A DNA stretch of 64,000 nucleotides from Heptranchias perlo (Eukaryota), in the NCBI RefSeq assembly GCF_035084215.1, contig NC_090345.1:25048001-25112000 (forward strand), in the 5' to 3' direction. This document shows positions 14,286-26,580 of the stretch, in pieces (position 1 is the stretch's first letter; every line of letters begins with the position of its first letter). A model generated the notes under the pieces. That model was not told the DNA's origin. It ran no database searches and saw nothing but the letters and a program-made list of their open reading frames with translations. The position numbers were made by a program, and so were the translations under genes.

Positions 14286-15413
14286 TTTTAAAATATGTTC
14301 CAAGCTTTACTGCACAGATAAAAGGAAGACAGTTAATTATTTGTATATTAAATTGTATGTAATAATGAGTCTTGTCCTCAGCTAATATTCTGTTTCAATG
14401 TTTCAGCTACAGTGCTGAAACAGTCAAATAGTTTTCAACTAACACTGAGGTACATGCAGAGGTACTTTCCATTTGGAAGAAAAAATAACTTCCCAATTCC
14501 CATACAACAGCAATGTTAACATGAGCTAACTTCTGGGCTACATCTGAATACTTATCACTGCTTAAAAAACTGTTGAAATATGGTACAAAACAGAAAATAC
14601 TAGAAACACCCAGCAGTTTGGATAACATCTATGGAGAGACAGACAAGTTAACATTTCAGTAAGGTCCTATCATCAGAACTGAAAGATATTACAGCATTTA
14701 AATGGAAGGAGTAATTTACAGACTCCATCTGCAATTTAGGAGGTACGAGACAGTCTCTCCCTGAATTCCTACACAACCCAGACCAATCCACAAGATTAGA
14801 CTAATTCAACAATCCCTTCCAGAAGTCGCACAAAAAGCAACATCCTGGGCCTCCTCTATGTAGCCGTGATGCAGGATATCAACCACACCTGACGTCAAGG
14901 GACCTTCACCAAATTATATTGCTCCCCAAACACATTTTTCCCAGTATATGCACAACCATACAAACAACTCTATGTACCAGTGTAAGTGGGCTCACAAGTA
15001 TGTATTCTTTTAGGATGATTTCTATTGATTAATATAAAGAGAATTTGAGACAGGAATCAATTGTGAACAAGCGTGAATAAATTATTTTAATTTATAAATT
15101 TTTTATTTGTATATACAGGGTTAATATAGTGATAAAGCTTCGCCTGACTACATTAATGCTTGCTTCAGCATCAGTGAAAGCTTGGTGCTGCCAGTAGTCT
15201 GGAGGTTAAGGAATTGATGGTATTTTTCCATATGATGCAACAGGCAGTAAACATTGCTCTACTTGATAAAGAGGATTACTTTGTAGAGCCAAGTGTGAAT
15301 ACCGTTGACGCAAGCAAAGATGTACAAATATTTACACACTAATCAATTTTGTTGTATTTAATAGAGACAAACTAAACTGCTATAAGGTAATTGACAGGAA
15401 CGCACTGAGGTAT

Positions 15414-16166
15414 TGGGCCAGAAATCACTCCCAAAATAAGAGGAGCTCAACAGCACTCTTGTGTGAATTGAAGGAGCAAGTTCCCGCATTTGCACATGTG
15501 CAGTAAAAGGCAGAAATCATGAACTTGCTCCTGGTGGCTCACCGGCAATATGACAGCTTCGAATTAAAGGGCCATCGGACACTGAAATCAGAGAAATCAT
15601 TGAAAAAGCACAAACTTGCTTATCTGCCCAGCTGGAAAGTAACTAATTACACCACCAAACAGGTACACTTAAAAATACCGAGTTTCAACAGGACGGTTAG
15701 TGTTAATGACTGCCACACAACTAAAAATTAACTTTTAAAAAAATGTGGAGTCTTATATTACTCCTTATTTTAATAGTTTAAGTCATAAAAATGTAAAAAT
15801 TAAAAAATTAAAAAGTTCTACTTTTCCCTACTGTCTCAAATTTAATTAAATTATTTCTTTGGCTTTTATTTAAAAAAATTTACAATGACATACAGAATGC
15901 TAACTTTAAATGAATGAAGTCTGCTTGAGCAATGCAGGCTGAATATGTGGGCGTGACTTCTCTTCCTGTCAGATCTTGTGGGCGTGTCTTCTCACAGGCT
16001 TTTCCAGCCACGCAGAAACTCACATTGCATACAGGCGGGGTTGATAGCGCACATTTTGTTTAAAGTTCAAATTCAAGCAATTTGACACCGCAATAAGCAT
16101 TTTCATTAATCAAATTCACAGGAGCTGTGGTGAGCTGCCTTGCCGCTCCGCGTGATTTCTGGCCCA
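15414..16166. mobile_element. MITE-like non-autonomous DNA transposon
   Basis: Perfect 15-bp TIR TGGGCCAGAAATCAC (15414-15428 / 16152-16166), imperfect subterminal IR, no coding capacity. Confidence 0.75.
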
Positions 16167-16625
16167 CTGTATTTTCTGGTTTATGCTCCCCTCCCTTCAA
16201 TTTCTCTATCCTGTGCAGTCTCCCAGTTTGATGTTTTTGTTTACTCCTGTTGCAAAGTAGACCATTAATGCATTTCTTAAACTACACTCAATCCTAAACT
16301 TTGTACTCTAATTACATTTCAAATGATAATACCTAAAGTGACCTACAAACATTCACCATATTGCAACAAATTGTGGGCTATTAGTTCATCAGAATGTTAA
16401 GCGTTTTCATTGAAACTTGAACACTCCAAGGCCAGATTGAAAGGCAAGTTATAACTACTGTCCTTTTGTAACTCAACCCCCTCAACATAAACTGTAAATT
16501 CTGTACCTCATGTATACAACTGTTGAGACTAAATTAAGCAGCATCCATACTTATGAAACTAGATTACAATCTTAAGCTTTCATTACATCACTTGGGCACA
16601 AGAATTAAAATCACCAGTATCAAAT

Positions 16626-17733
16626 GCGGGGCGGCTCAGCGGAACACGAGGCGCCGGCGGGGCGGCTCAGCGGAACACGAGGCGCCGGCGGGGCGGCTCA
16701 GCGGAACACGAGGCGCCGGCGGGGCGGCTCAGCGGAACACGAGGCGCCGGCGGGGCGGCTCAGCGGAACACGAGGCGCCGGCGGGGCGGCTCAGCGGAAC
16801 ACGAGGCGCCGGCGGGGCGGCTCAGCGGAACACGAGGCGCCGGCGGGGCGGCTCAGCGGAACACGAGGCGCCGGCGGGGCGGCTCAGCGGAACACGAGGC
16901 GCCGGCGGGGCGGCTCAGCGGAACACGAGGCGCCGGCGGGGCGGCTCAGCGGAACACGAGGCGCCGGCGGGGCGGCTCAGCGGAACACGAGGCGCCGGCG
17001 GGGCGGCTCAGCGGAACACGAGGCGCCGGCGGGGCGGCTCAGCGGAACACGAGGCGCCGGCGGGGCGGCTCAGCGGAACACGAGGCGCCGGCGGGGCGGC
17101 TCAGCGGAACACGAGGCGCCGGCGGGGCGGCTCAGCGGAACACGAGGCGCCGGCGGGGCGGCTCAGCGGAACACGAGGCGCCGGCGGGGCGGCTCAGCGG
17201 AACACGAGGCGCCGGCGGGGCGGCTCAGCGGAACACGAGGCGCCGGCGGGGCGGCTCAGCGGAACACGAGGCGCCGGCGGGGCGGCTCAGCGGAACACGA
17301 GGCGCCGGCGGGGCGGCTCAGCGGAACACGAGGCGCCGGCGGGGCGGCTCAGCGGAACACGAGGCGCCGGCGGGGCGGCTCAGCGGAACACGAGGCGCCG
17401 GCGGGGCGGCTCAGCGGAACACGAGGCGCCGGCGGGGCGGCTCAGCGGAACACGAGGCGCCGGCGGGGCGGCTCAGCGGAACACGAGGCGCCGGCGGGGC
17501 GGCTCAGCGGAACACGAGGCGCCGGCGGGGCGGCTCAGCGGAACACGAGGCGCCGGCGGGGCGGCTCAGCGGAACACGAGGCGCCGGCGGGGCGGCTCAG
17601 CGGAACACGAGGCGCCGGCGGGGCGGCTCAGCGGAACACGAGGCGCCGGCGGGGCGGCTCAGCGGAACACGAGGCGCCGGCGGGGCGGCTCAGCGGAACA
17701 CGAGGCGCCGGCGGGGCGGCTCAGCGGAACACG
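16626..17733. repeat. Perfect GC-rich minisatellite, 31-bp unit GCGGGGCGGCTCAGCGGAACACGAGGCGCCG x 35.7
   Basis: 35 full units plus 23 bp; no variant unit seen; 25/31 GC and 6 CpG per unit. Confidence 0.99.
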
Positions 17734-17744
17734 CTTTTGATTAC

Positions 17745-17920
17745 CTTGCTTTATTGGCTGTAATTTCAATGGTGCCATCGAATGATGTTTACTAAGTAAC
17801 TAGGCTTAGGCAGAACCACCCAATACTTCTCAAACATTGATTGGCTTTCTTCACAACTCACTGCAACTGAGAGTTGCTGATTGGTCAGTATGCTCTGACC
17901 CCTTCAACACGCCCACCAAA
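17745..17920 (-). promoter_or_regulatory. Candidate alternative OAT promoter and first exon
   Basis: Minus-strand CCAAT boxes at 17884-17880 and 17844-17840, GC/KLF-like box near 17910, donor AAG|GTAATC at 17745/17744. Confidence 0.4.
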
Positions 17921-19899
17921 AAGGACATTACAAAATTCCTACAGGATGTATGCCAACTTTCAAACAATTTACAAATTGTTCTGCCTGCAATGCCAAGATT
18001 TAGAAATGATCCCTGTTGCCACTGGAAACTTTCCAGGAATGGCCCCAGTTAGTGGGCCACATCAAGTTCCAAATAATTAAAGACATTTAACCCTATGATG
18101 TCATTTTTCTGCTTCAGTACAGGTGTGAGTTCATGCCTAGAAAGCAATTTTCCATTTGTTTAACCTAGGGCAGAAAAGCTTGTAATAGTCAGAGAGCTTC
18201 GTAGTATGATTTAGAATACTATCCTTTCAATTCTGCATTTGGATTTCAATTGATCTCAACTGAGAATGAAACCACCAGTAGCTACAAAGGTCCTAAATGA
18301 ATTGAGTCATGATATTCTGAATTCAATTTATTGTAGGCACAAGTCTGTAGCGTGAAACTATAATTTAGTGCATTAGCAGCCAAAGTTCGCAAGGACAGCT
18401 GGTAGTGTTGCTGGACATGTCTCCAAGGTCAGAGTTAAGGTACATGATAGTAGAGAACTTAATTCACATTTTATCTGTGCTCCACTGGACTGCAGAAGGC
18501 TGTAATGCAGTCATTGATTTTGTAAATAGAAAGAAAAAATCAACCCATGTTAACAACCATTCTAAACAATTTCATGCTATATTACAATATTAAGATCCAT
18601 GAATTTTCATTTCAGTTTAAACCAAGATCCAGACAAAGCGGCAGAAGTGTCATCTTTGAGGTGATTAATCGCTCCAGTGTGACAAAGATGAAATGTACAA
18701 TTGCTTGCACAATAACATGACAATTTTAAAAGGATTTTTGTTTTGTGAGCAAGCAGTGCTTCTGGTGCCCCTTGAGAACATTTGTCCCTCAACGTACACC
18801 ATTCAGCTCATTTACTCTGCATGCAAAACGCCCGTCACGTTTGCCTACATAACTAACTGTATTGCAAAAGTAATTGGATATGAAGCACTTTGAAGTCCTA
18901 AGGACATGGTGAGACACTATATAAATGAAAGTGCTTTCTTTAAGGCTGATACCAATATCATTCAGATACATTCTTTCACTTTTTCAACATAATGCAGTCC
19001 CTTTCAAACACATCATAAAATGACAGATAAATCTGCACAAAAATCATTGCATTCTTGGTAACATACAAAATTGGAAAGGCTGAAGAGTTTTGAAAATACC
19101 AAACCAATTAAAATTATTAGGGAGTCTTTAAGCCTAATACGATTAATTTGAGCTTCATCGTGAAAAAATATCTAACCACAATCTTAAACCTTTTTAGACT
19201 ATATTTTCAAATTATGTTTCTTTAATGAATTTGATCACAGTAAAGAACTTGCATTCAAAATATTCATTAAAAATTTAAATAAGCTGTCACCTTGCTCAAA
19301 ACAAAAAAACATTTATGAAACGATGAACAGCATTTCAATAACTACAGTCAAAATAGCAGCCCATTTTAAAAACGACAAAACTCTCAGACTGCATTAAACT
19401 GTGGGAGATCTTGCAGCCAGGTTTCACTTACACCCGAGCTTTCCCTCAAACAGTACGTGGAGCTCATCCAAGTCTTGCAAGTATGAGTGTGAGCAGCTGG
19501 GGGGTATGTACTGTGTGGACCAATCAACAGATCCTAAAAAGCTTCCTGCAGAGGAACTTGGAAGCCGAAACCTGCATTTCACATGCAGCAACGCTCATCT
19601 GGTTTATATTCCAAAAACGTCATCAATACCAGCTCCCTAGTTACATGGGTTTGCGATCTCGCCTTAACATTTTTCGATGTAGAGAGCTCAAAGAGCTGCA
19701 TGATCTATATCCATCCCAACTTACCTCAAACTAAAACGTCGACATACATCCACACCTCACTACTGAAACCTTACCAGTGTCCATAAACAGATTTAAAATA
19801 AACTGCAAATACTGGAAATCTAAAATAAACTACTGGAAATAGAGGACAAAATCAGTCAGGGTCTGAAAGGAGAGACGAATAGGCGAACGTTTTAGCCCA

Positions 19900-20560
19900 T
19901 ACTGCACCATTCCCCGCACCCTGGCTTTCCCCAGGTGGCAGGCAACACAGAAGGCAGGATCCCGCCGCTCAACTTAACCAGTCTGCGCTCGCTCTCTCTC
20001 CCGATGCTGATGAACCTTATTTTTCTTTCTATACAAATTGACACGTGGACACTCCCAGTGTTCACACTGATATAGGGCGGCGACCACTCGCTGAATAAAC
20101 GGGGAAGTGGCCAGACCAGGAGTGAATAAACCGGTTCCAGCGCTCCTTTTGCCCGGCGGGGGGGGAGGGACGAAAAATACGGTAGCACAGACCCGTCCGC
20201 CTCACAGCTGCCCCTGGCCGGCCAGGATTTCGAGACGAGTTACAATTAACCGGGCCGGAATCGCCCGACTCTAGGTGGAACCCGACCAGAAGCCCGGGTG
20301 TCCGGTCCATGCTGTGCCCTGCTCCGGTCCATGTCTGACTCACCTCCAGCCAATCTTTGCTACTGCGGCTGCTTGCTGCTTCCGATCTCAATTGAGCGAG
20401 ACCGCGCGCGCTCGCAACGACCGTTTAAATAGCCGCGAGAGTCCGCGTGCACGGTCCATGCGACGGCCGCAGCGTCACCGTGCGTGCTGGGTGAGCGCGC
20501 CGCCGGTTGAATTTATGGAGCTGCGTCAGCAACTTGGCTTTTATGCAGCGACAGAGTGAA
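19900..20560 (-). promoter_or_regulatory. OAT: CpG island: OAT main promoter and non-coding exon 1 (about 20400-20344)
   Basis: Dense CpG. On the minus strand: TATTTAAA at 20431-20424, TGACGC CRE half-sites near 20475 and 20525, strong donor GAG|GTGAGT at 20344/20343. Confidence 0.75.
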
Positions 20561-21398
20561 GTGGCGAAGGGGATGATCAAATCTGATGCATTGACTGGCT
20601 TTACATAGACTTGATGAAATGTTAACTCTGTTTCTTTCTCCACAGATGCTGTCTGATTTGCTGAGTATTTCCAGCATTTTCTCTTTTCACAAGCTGTTTT
20701 TTTAAATTTTACAAAGAAACGCAAACGATTTCGGCTATTTTTTTTTCTCTGAAAGGTTGACTTACGTGGCATCTGTCAGGCTAGACTTGTGAACACTTCA
20801 CGTATCAAATACTATTATTTGGATCTGTGGCATAAGATCATGTGGAAAATTCGCTCCCCACCCTTTAAGTAGCGACTGGAGAGTAATTTACAAGGTTGTG
20901 CAAATCTAGGAGCAAAATATTACCGTAGAAATTCGGCCACGTTAACTTCGCTTTGAGTTCTGCTCCAATGTCTGGAGATGCACTTACACTGCAGTTACTG
21001 GTAGCTACAGTTTAGGTCCTAAGCTACAGAAGTGTATTTACATTGCCTGACTGCTACCTGGTAGGAGCGGCCTTCCTTGGGGGAGCTCAGTGCACTTGCT
21101 TGGATACAGGTGCCAGCAGGGATTTCTCCCACAACAATGGAAAACTTAAATGTTTAGAAAGCAGGAAGGAAAATAACCCTGCTCGTTATACAATTAAGTT
21201 GAGGTTAGGTAGGTTTACAACATACCCAAGAGATTCATTAGACCCTTGAGCACTTTGCAAACCAGGTTTAATACTGCACTGGAGTTACATTCTATGTTGT
21301 GTCAAACCAAGATGTGGAGATGCCGGTGATGGACTGGGGTGTACAAATGTAAGGAATCTTACAACACCAGGTTATAGTCCAACAGTTATATTTGAAAA

Positions 21399-21435
21399 TC
21401 ACAAGCTTTCGGAGGCTTTCTCCTTCGTCAGGTGA
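21399..21435 (-). ncRNA. Minimal hammerhead ribozyme motif (opposite arm)
   Basis: Reverse complement of 21513-21549. Confidence 0.78.
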
Positions 21436-21512
21436 GTGTCGAGATTCATTGAAAATGATCGCATATATAGTCATAGAACTTTATGAATCTCGATTTCAAT
21501 GAATCTCGACAC

Positions 21513-21549
21513 TCACCTGACGAAGGAGAAAGCCTCCGAAAGCTTGTGA
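21513..21549 (+). ncRNA. Minimal hammerhead ribozyme motif
   Basis: UCAC-CUGACGA-A-GGAG/AAAGC/CUCC-GAAA-GC-UU-GUGA. Confidence 0.78.
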
Positions 21550-22079
21550 TTTTCAAATAAAACTGTTGGACTATAACCTGGTGTTGTAAGATTCCTTACA
21601 TGTGTCAACCCAAAGCAGTTTGAGACTTACTCCTCTGTGGAGTTTTGCTGTGCTTTGCTATGGCCAGTTCATGTGGTGATTTACACTGGCAGCTTGCAAT
21701 AGCTAAAATCAATTTAAACTGACAGTAAATTTGCAATATAAATGTACCTAAGATTGGACTCTGAAATCAAAGCAAATTGGGAACAAATGTAAGTTGAGCC
21801 TTTTAAGGGCTTCTTAAGCACTAATTAATGTAGCACGTGAATGAAAGAAAGAATATATTCCACTAGCTTATGCTGCAATCACTGATTTACTGTGGCAAGA
21901 AAGTGATCTTAATAACTTTAACTGGCACAGTTCTGCCTGAATCACATGTGCTGCTTCTCCCCACCCTGACTCATGTTTCTCTGCCTATCCACCTTAAGTG
22001 GGTTGTTTTGTAAATGGTGAGTCACTGTGAGGCAGCAAACTCAATACAAATAAAATGATTTACATTTCAATTGTTGCAG

Positions 22080-23975
22080 TAATAGGGTCACTAAGAGATT
22101 AAGGTGGAAAACCTGTAGTGGAGAATGAAGGGAGGGCATAAATGCTAAATATATTTGCTTCAATTTTTATACCGAAGGTAGATATTGGGTTTGTAGAAGG
22201 GACAAAGGTGGGTGTAGAACTCTTATTGGAGGTTGCTATTTGAAGAGAAAAGGATCCAAAGAAGTTACTCAAACTTGAGGTCGTAGCCAGCGAATCACCT
22301 GCAATGACTTCTCTTCCCGTTCCCGCACTGTTACCTTTGGCGTCCCACAAGGATCTATCCTCGGCCTCCTATTTCTTATCTGGATGCTGCCCCTTGGCGA
22401 CATTATCCAAAAACACGACGTCAAATTCCACATGTACACTGACGATACCCAGCTCTAGCTCACGATCACCTCCCTCGACCCCTCCACTGTCTCTCATTTG
22501 TCACATAGCTTGTCTGACATCCAGTACTAGATGAGCAAAAATTTCCTCCAACTAAATATTGGGAAGACCGAAGCTATTGTCTTTGGTTCCCGCCACAAAC
22601 TCCGCTCCCTAGCCACTGACTCCATCCCTCTCCCAGGCTACTTCCTGAGGCTGAACCAGACTGTTCGCAACCTTGGCATCCTATTTGACCCTGAGATGAG
22701 CTTCCGACCACATATCCACTCCATCACCAAGACCGCCTACTTCCACCTCTGTAACATTTCCCGTCTCCGCCCCGCCTCAGCTCATCTGCTGCTGAAACCC
22801 TCATCCATGCCTTTGTTACCTCCAGACTGGACTATTCCAATAGTGTCCCGGCTGGCCTCCCATCTTCCACCCTCCATAAACTTGAGCTCATCCAAAACTC
22901 TGCTGCCCGTATCCTAACTTGCACCAAGTCCCGTTCTCCCATCACCTCTGTGCTCGCCGACCTACATTGGCTCTCGGTCTGGGAACGCTCTGATTTTAAA
23001 ATTCTCATCCTTGTTTTCAAATCTCTCCATGGCCTCCCCCCTTCCTTTCTCTGTAACCTTCTCCAGCCCTACAACTCTCCCAGATCTCTGTGCTCCTCCA
23101 GTTCTTGCCTCTTGCGCATCCCCGATTTTAATCGCTGCACCATTGATGGCCGCGCCTTCAGTTGCCTAGGCCCTAAGCTCTGGAATTCCCTCCCGAAATC
23201 CCTCTGCCTCTCTACCTCTCCTCCTTTAAGATGCTTCTTAAAACTACCTCTTTGACCAAGTGTCCTTATGTGGCTCGGTGTGAAATTTTGTTTCATAACG
23301 CTCTGTGTAGCGCCTTGGGATGTTTTGCTATGTTAAAGGCGTTATATAAATGCAAGTTGTTGTTGTTGAGGTAAACAAATTACAGGATTTTTATCCAAAA
23401 ATTCTGAAGGAAGCTAGGGAAGAAATAGCAGAATATTTAGAATACAGAATAGCTGAAATCTTCTAAAATTTTGTGGAAAGGAAAATTGTGCCAAAGCAAA
23501 TGTTATATTCCTTTTCAAAAAAGACCTGGGAAATCCAGGAAATTATAGACCTGTTAGTCTTACTTAAGTTGTTGGTAAATTACTAGTCTTTAATATAGGA
23601 TGAAATTACTAAGCACTTGGAGGAGCATGAGTTAATCGGAGCCAGTCAGCAACAATTTCTAAAGGTCTTGAAGATTACGAAGGGTTATGATAAGATAAGT
23701 AATAATAGAACGTTTCCACAGATCGGTGAAAAGGTGATGGGAGGACAAAGATTTAAGATAATCACAAAGGATGGTTAGAAAGTGGAATCCTCTGCCACAA
23801 ACGTTTGTTGAAGCAGTCTATAAATTCTTTTAAAAGGTGATTCGATTCTTACTTGAAAAAGAGCGATATTATAGGATATGGAGAATAAGTAGAATTAGAC
23901 TAGATGGCTCGTGGAGAAAAACAGCAGAATGCACTTGATGGGCCAAATGTTTCTGTGCTGTAACATTTAGTGGTT
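22080..23975 (+). mobile_element. Old CR1 fragment interrupted by an L2 insertion
   Basis: CR1-like sequence on both sides of the L2; PGNYRPVSLT at about 23536. Confidence 0.7.
22282..23365 (+). mobile_element. L2-clade LINE, 5'-truncated
   Basis: [40 protein letters not shown]; tail TATATAAATGCAAG(TTG)n; TTGAGGT duplicated at 22275-22281 and 23366-23372. Confidence 0.92.
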
Positions 23976-24629
23976 CTAGAGTAAACAAAATATCAACCTC
24001 TGCATACCCCTGACCTATAATCTGTTTATAATATATGCATTTCTTGTTACAATTAGGAATGTGAAAGATACAAAGATATGTAGTGATAGTTCACAGTGCA
24101 AACTTGGACCTCTCACCCCATCCACCCGTGCCTTATGCTTCTCATTCACAAGTTTCCGATTTTACCTCGTGCAGCATTTGTTCTTTACCAGGAACAACCA
24201 AACCTTTCAGGTGATAAATATTAACTGTATCTTTGTTCCATTCCAGTTATCGTGAGCAGGGACAATTGTAGATGTTATTGCTGTGTTTTCATAAGCACAG
24301 TTCTGTTCCAAGCTTATTTGCAAGCCTCTACTTTTTCAGGAAAATTGGCTGGGAGGTTCTAATTGTGCCCTGTCTATGCATTAAAAGTGGTTATTGGTAG
24401 TAGATGGCAGGAGTGGCAGTAAAAAGTTCACATATGTTGGTTTACAGATTAACGACAATCAGAATGCAGTAACTTACTGGTATCTTCTAATTTGTGACCT
24501 AATAACTAGAAGCACCAACCTGTATATATAAACATTTTGCATCTAGTGCATGTCTGACATCACACTTTAAAGTGTCAAAAGTATAATAAAAAGAAAGAAA
24601 GCCAATCTTTGCCTGCTGACTTTCTGATC

Positions 24630-24770
24630 TTAATAACCTTTAAGATGCTCCTTAAAACCTACCTCTTTGACCAAGCTTTTGGTCACCTGTCCTAATATCT
24701 CCTATCGTGGCTCGGTGTCAAATTTTGTTTGATAATGCTCCTTTGAAGCTCCTTGGGACGTTTTACTATG
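24630..24770 (+). mobile_element. L2 3'-end fragment
   Basis: Closely resembles 23224-23330 (CCTTTAAGATGCT...CTCTTTGACCAAG...TGGCTCGGTGT). Confidence 0.8.
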
Positions 24771-24959
24771 GGTGGGAGGGGAGAAGGAAGGATGGAGGTG
24801 AGAAGAGGGGTGAGCTTTACTTTTTCCCATGTTTTGCGGCTGAGTTTTCATTGCTGTTTTCTGTTATATCACGTTTGTCAATGCTTGGTTTCAGTTGCCA
24901 TTTTGCTCATCCTATGACATGGTTTCTAATTTCTTTTACTGTTTAATGATGAAGAAAAA

Positions 24960-25373
24960 AAGAAAGACTTGCATTTATATAGCGCCTTTCATGACCTCAG
25001 GACATCCCAAAGCACATTACAGCCAATGAAGTACTTTGAAGTGTAGTCACTGTTGTAGGAAACAAGGCAACCAATTTGCACACAGCAAGCTCCCACAAAT
25101 AGCAATGAAATAAATGACCAGATCATCTGGTTTAGGTTTTGGTTGAGGTATAAATGTAGGCCAGGACATTGGGAGAACTCCCCTGCTCTTCTTCGAATAG
25201 TGCTATGGGATCTTTTCCGTCCACCTGAGAGGGCAGATGGGGACTTGGTTTAACGTCTCATCTGAAAGATGGCACCTCCAACAATGCAGCACTCCCTCAG
25301 TACAGCACTTCGGTGTCAGCCTAGATTATGTGCTCATGTCCCTGAAAAGGGGCTTGAATGCACAACTTTCTGA
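24960..25373 (-). mobile_element. Deu-domain SINE with L2-type tail
   Basis: GACTTGCATTTATATAGCGCCTTTCA start; reverse homolog of 50939-51392. Confidence 0.85.
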
Positions 25374-26339
25374 TCATGGATACTCTTCCACTGTTATTTA
25401 GGTAGACCTTTTCTAAAAGAAATTGTTGAGTGGTACCAAATGTGGGTTTCTCTATTCTGGTTTAGGTGGCCTTGCACATAATGTTACAGTAACAGTTCCA
25501 CCTACAGGTACAATACCTTTGGAATGATGCCACCACTCAACATTTTTAATATATAATAGATCATTAGTTGACCATTTTTGCTTCCTTTTTCCTTCTGGGC
25601 ATTTTCATAGGAGATATGTACACCAAAAACTCATCTATGATTAGTATATCATATAGGTATGATAATGCCCTACTGCTGTCCAATCACACCTGGCTTTTAG
25701 CCAGTGCTCCGTTTGGTCTGCTTAGTACTGACTCAAAATGGAGTAGAATTGTGGTTTTTTCACTTTCTCTGAAGTCCTAGTGATGCAGCAGAAATGGTTC
25801 CTAAGCTAAGGTTGTTAGTTCATGGCAATGTTCTCAAAGCAAGCAGAATGTATTTAGTTTTACAATAAATTGTAATTACAATTTTGTGTTGATTTAAAAG
25901 GTTTTCTATTTATTGGCCCAGTATCTGAAGAAATAGAGCAACTGAAGACTATAAATCGCAGCCTCAACCAACATTCCAAGTTGGCCACCTTTGGGAGAGT
26001 TCCACCAGTTCTCAGCCAGGCTAGTTGGATGAATCACTTAATAGCAGCAGAACATTTAGTTTTGGGAGGAAAATCAAAGCCTAAAAATTTGGTCCATCTA
26101 TCAGATCATTATACAATGGCATTTATGTTTACCATGGAGAAGAGCTCAGCCCAGGTTCTCCTGCCTTCCCAGTCAAAGAGAAAAGTGACAGTGGCAAGTG
26201 GGGTGAGAGAAACAATTGGGCATCTAAAGGGAAACACACTATAAAATGCAGAAGATCTGAAAACCTGCCGGCAGTAAGAGGCAATAGATAGTTTTATGAT
26301 TAATCTTGCAAGTCTTAGTCGATAAGTAAACAAACAAAG

Positions 26340-26580
26340 GGAGAGGTTAGATTTTTTTTAAGCAGAGAGTTGTTTGGGCATCGAATGCCCTGCTGGAAAT
26401 CGTGGTAGAACCAGGGTCCATAATAGTTTTAAAAAGGAAATGGATAAGTATTTGAAAAAGAGAAAGTGTACAAGAAAAGAGCAAGGGAATGGGACTAAGA
26501 GATAACTTTTTCAGAGAGCCAGTACAGGTGCAATGGGCTGAATGGCCTACTTCTATGCTGTAAATTCTATGATTCTGTGA
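26340..26580 (+). mobile_element. CR1 3' end
   Basis: ATGGGCTGAATGGCCTACTTCT...TTCTATGATTCTGTGA terminus. Confidence 0.75.

Larger units (their letters stand above)
21311..21600 (-). mobile_element. Non-coding fold-back Penelope derivative (pLTR end plus inverted copy)
   Basis: First 30 nt identical to 60930-60959; 108-bp arms 21347-21454 / 21494-21601; near-TSD TGTGTCAA(A/C)CCAA at 21298-21310 and 21601-21613. Confidence 0.92.

Noticed and set aside
16626-17733. CRISPR-like array (repeat length 31)
   Set aside because: No spacers; pure head-to-tail repeat in a eukaryotic intron with no cas genes.
16553-17763. 395-aa and 379-aa Arg/Gly-rich ORFs
   Set aside because: They are translations of a stop-free 31-bp repeat, antisense within an OAT intron, with no other coding evidence.
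19725-19803. Possible extra OAT 5' UTR exon (donor GAG|GTAAGT at 19724)
   Set aside because: The acceptor is weak and lies in a repeat remnant; cannot be supported without transcript data.
19892-20772. Overlapping ORFs of 94-115 aa in the CpG island
   Set aside because: Expected in GC-rich promoter DNA; no recognisable domains.
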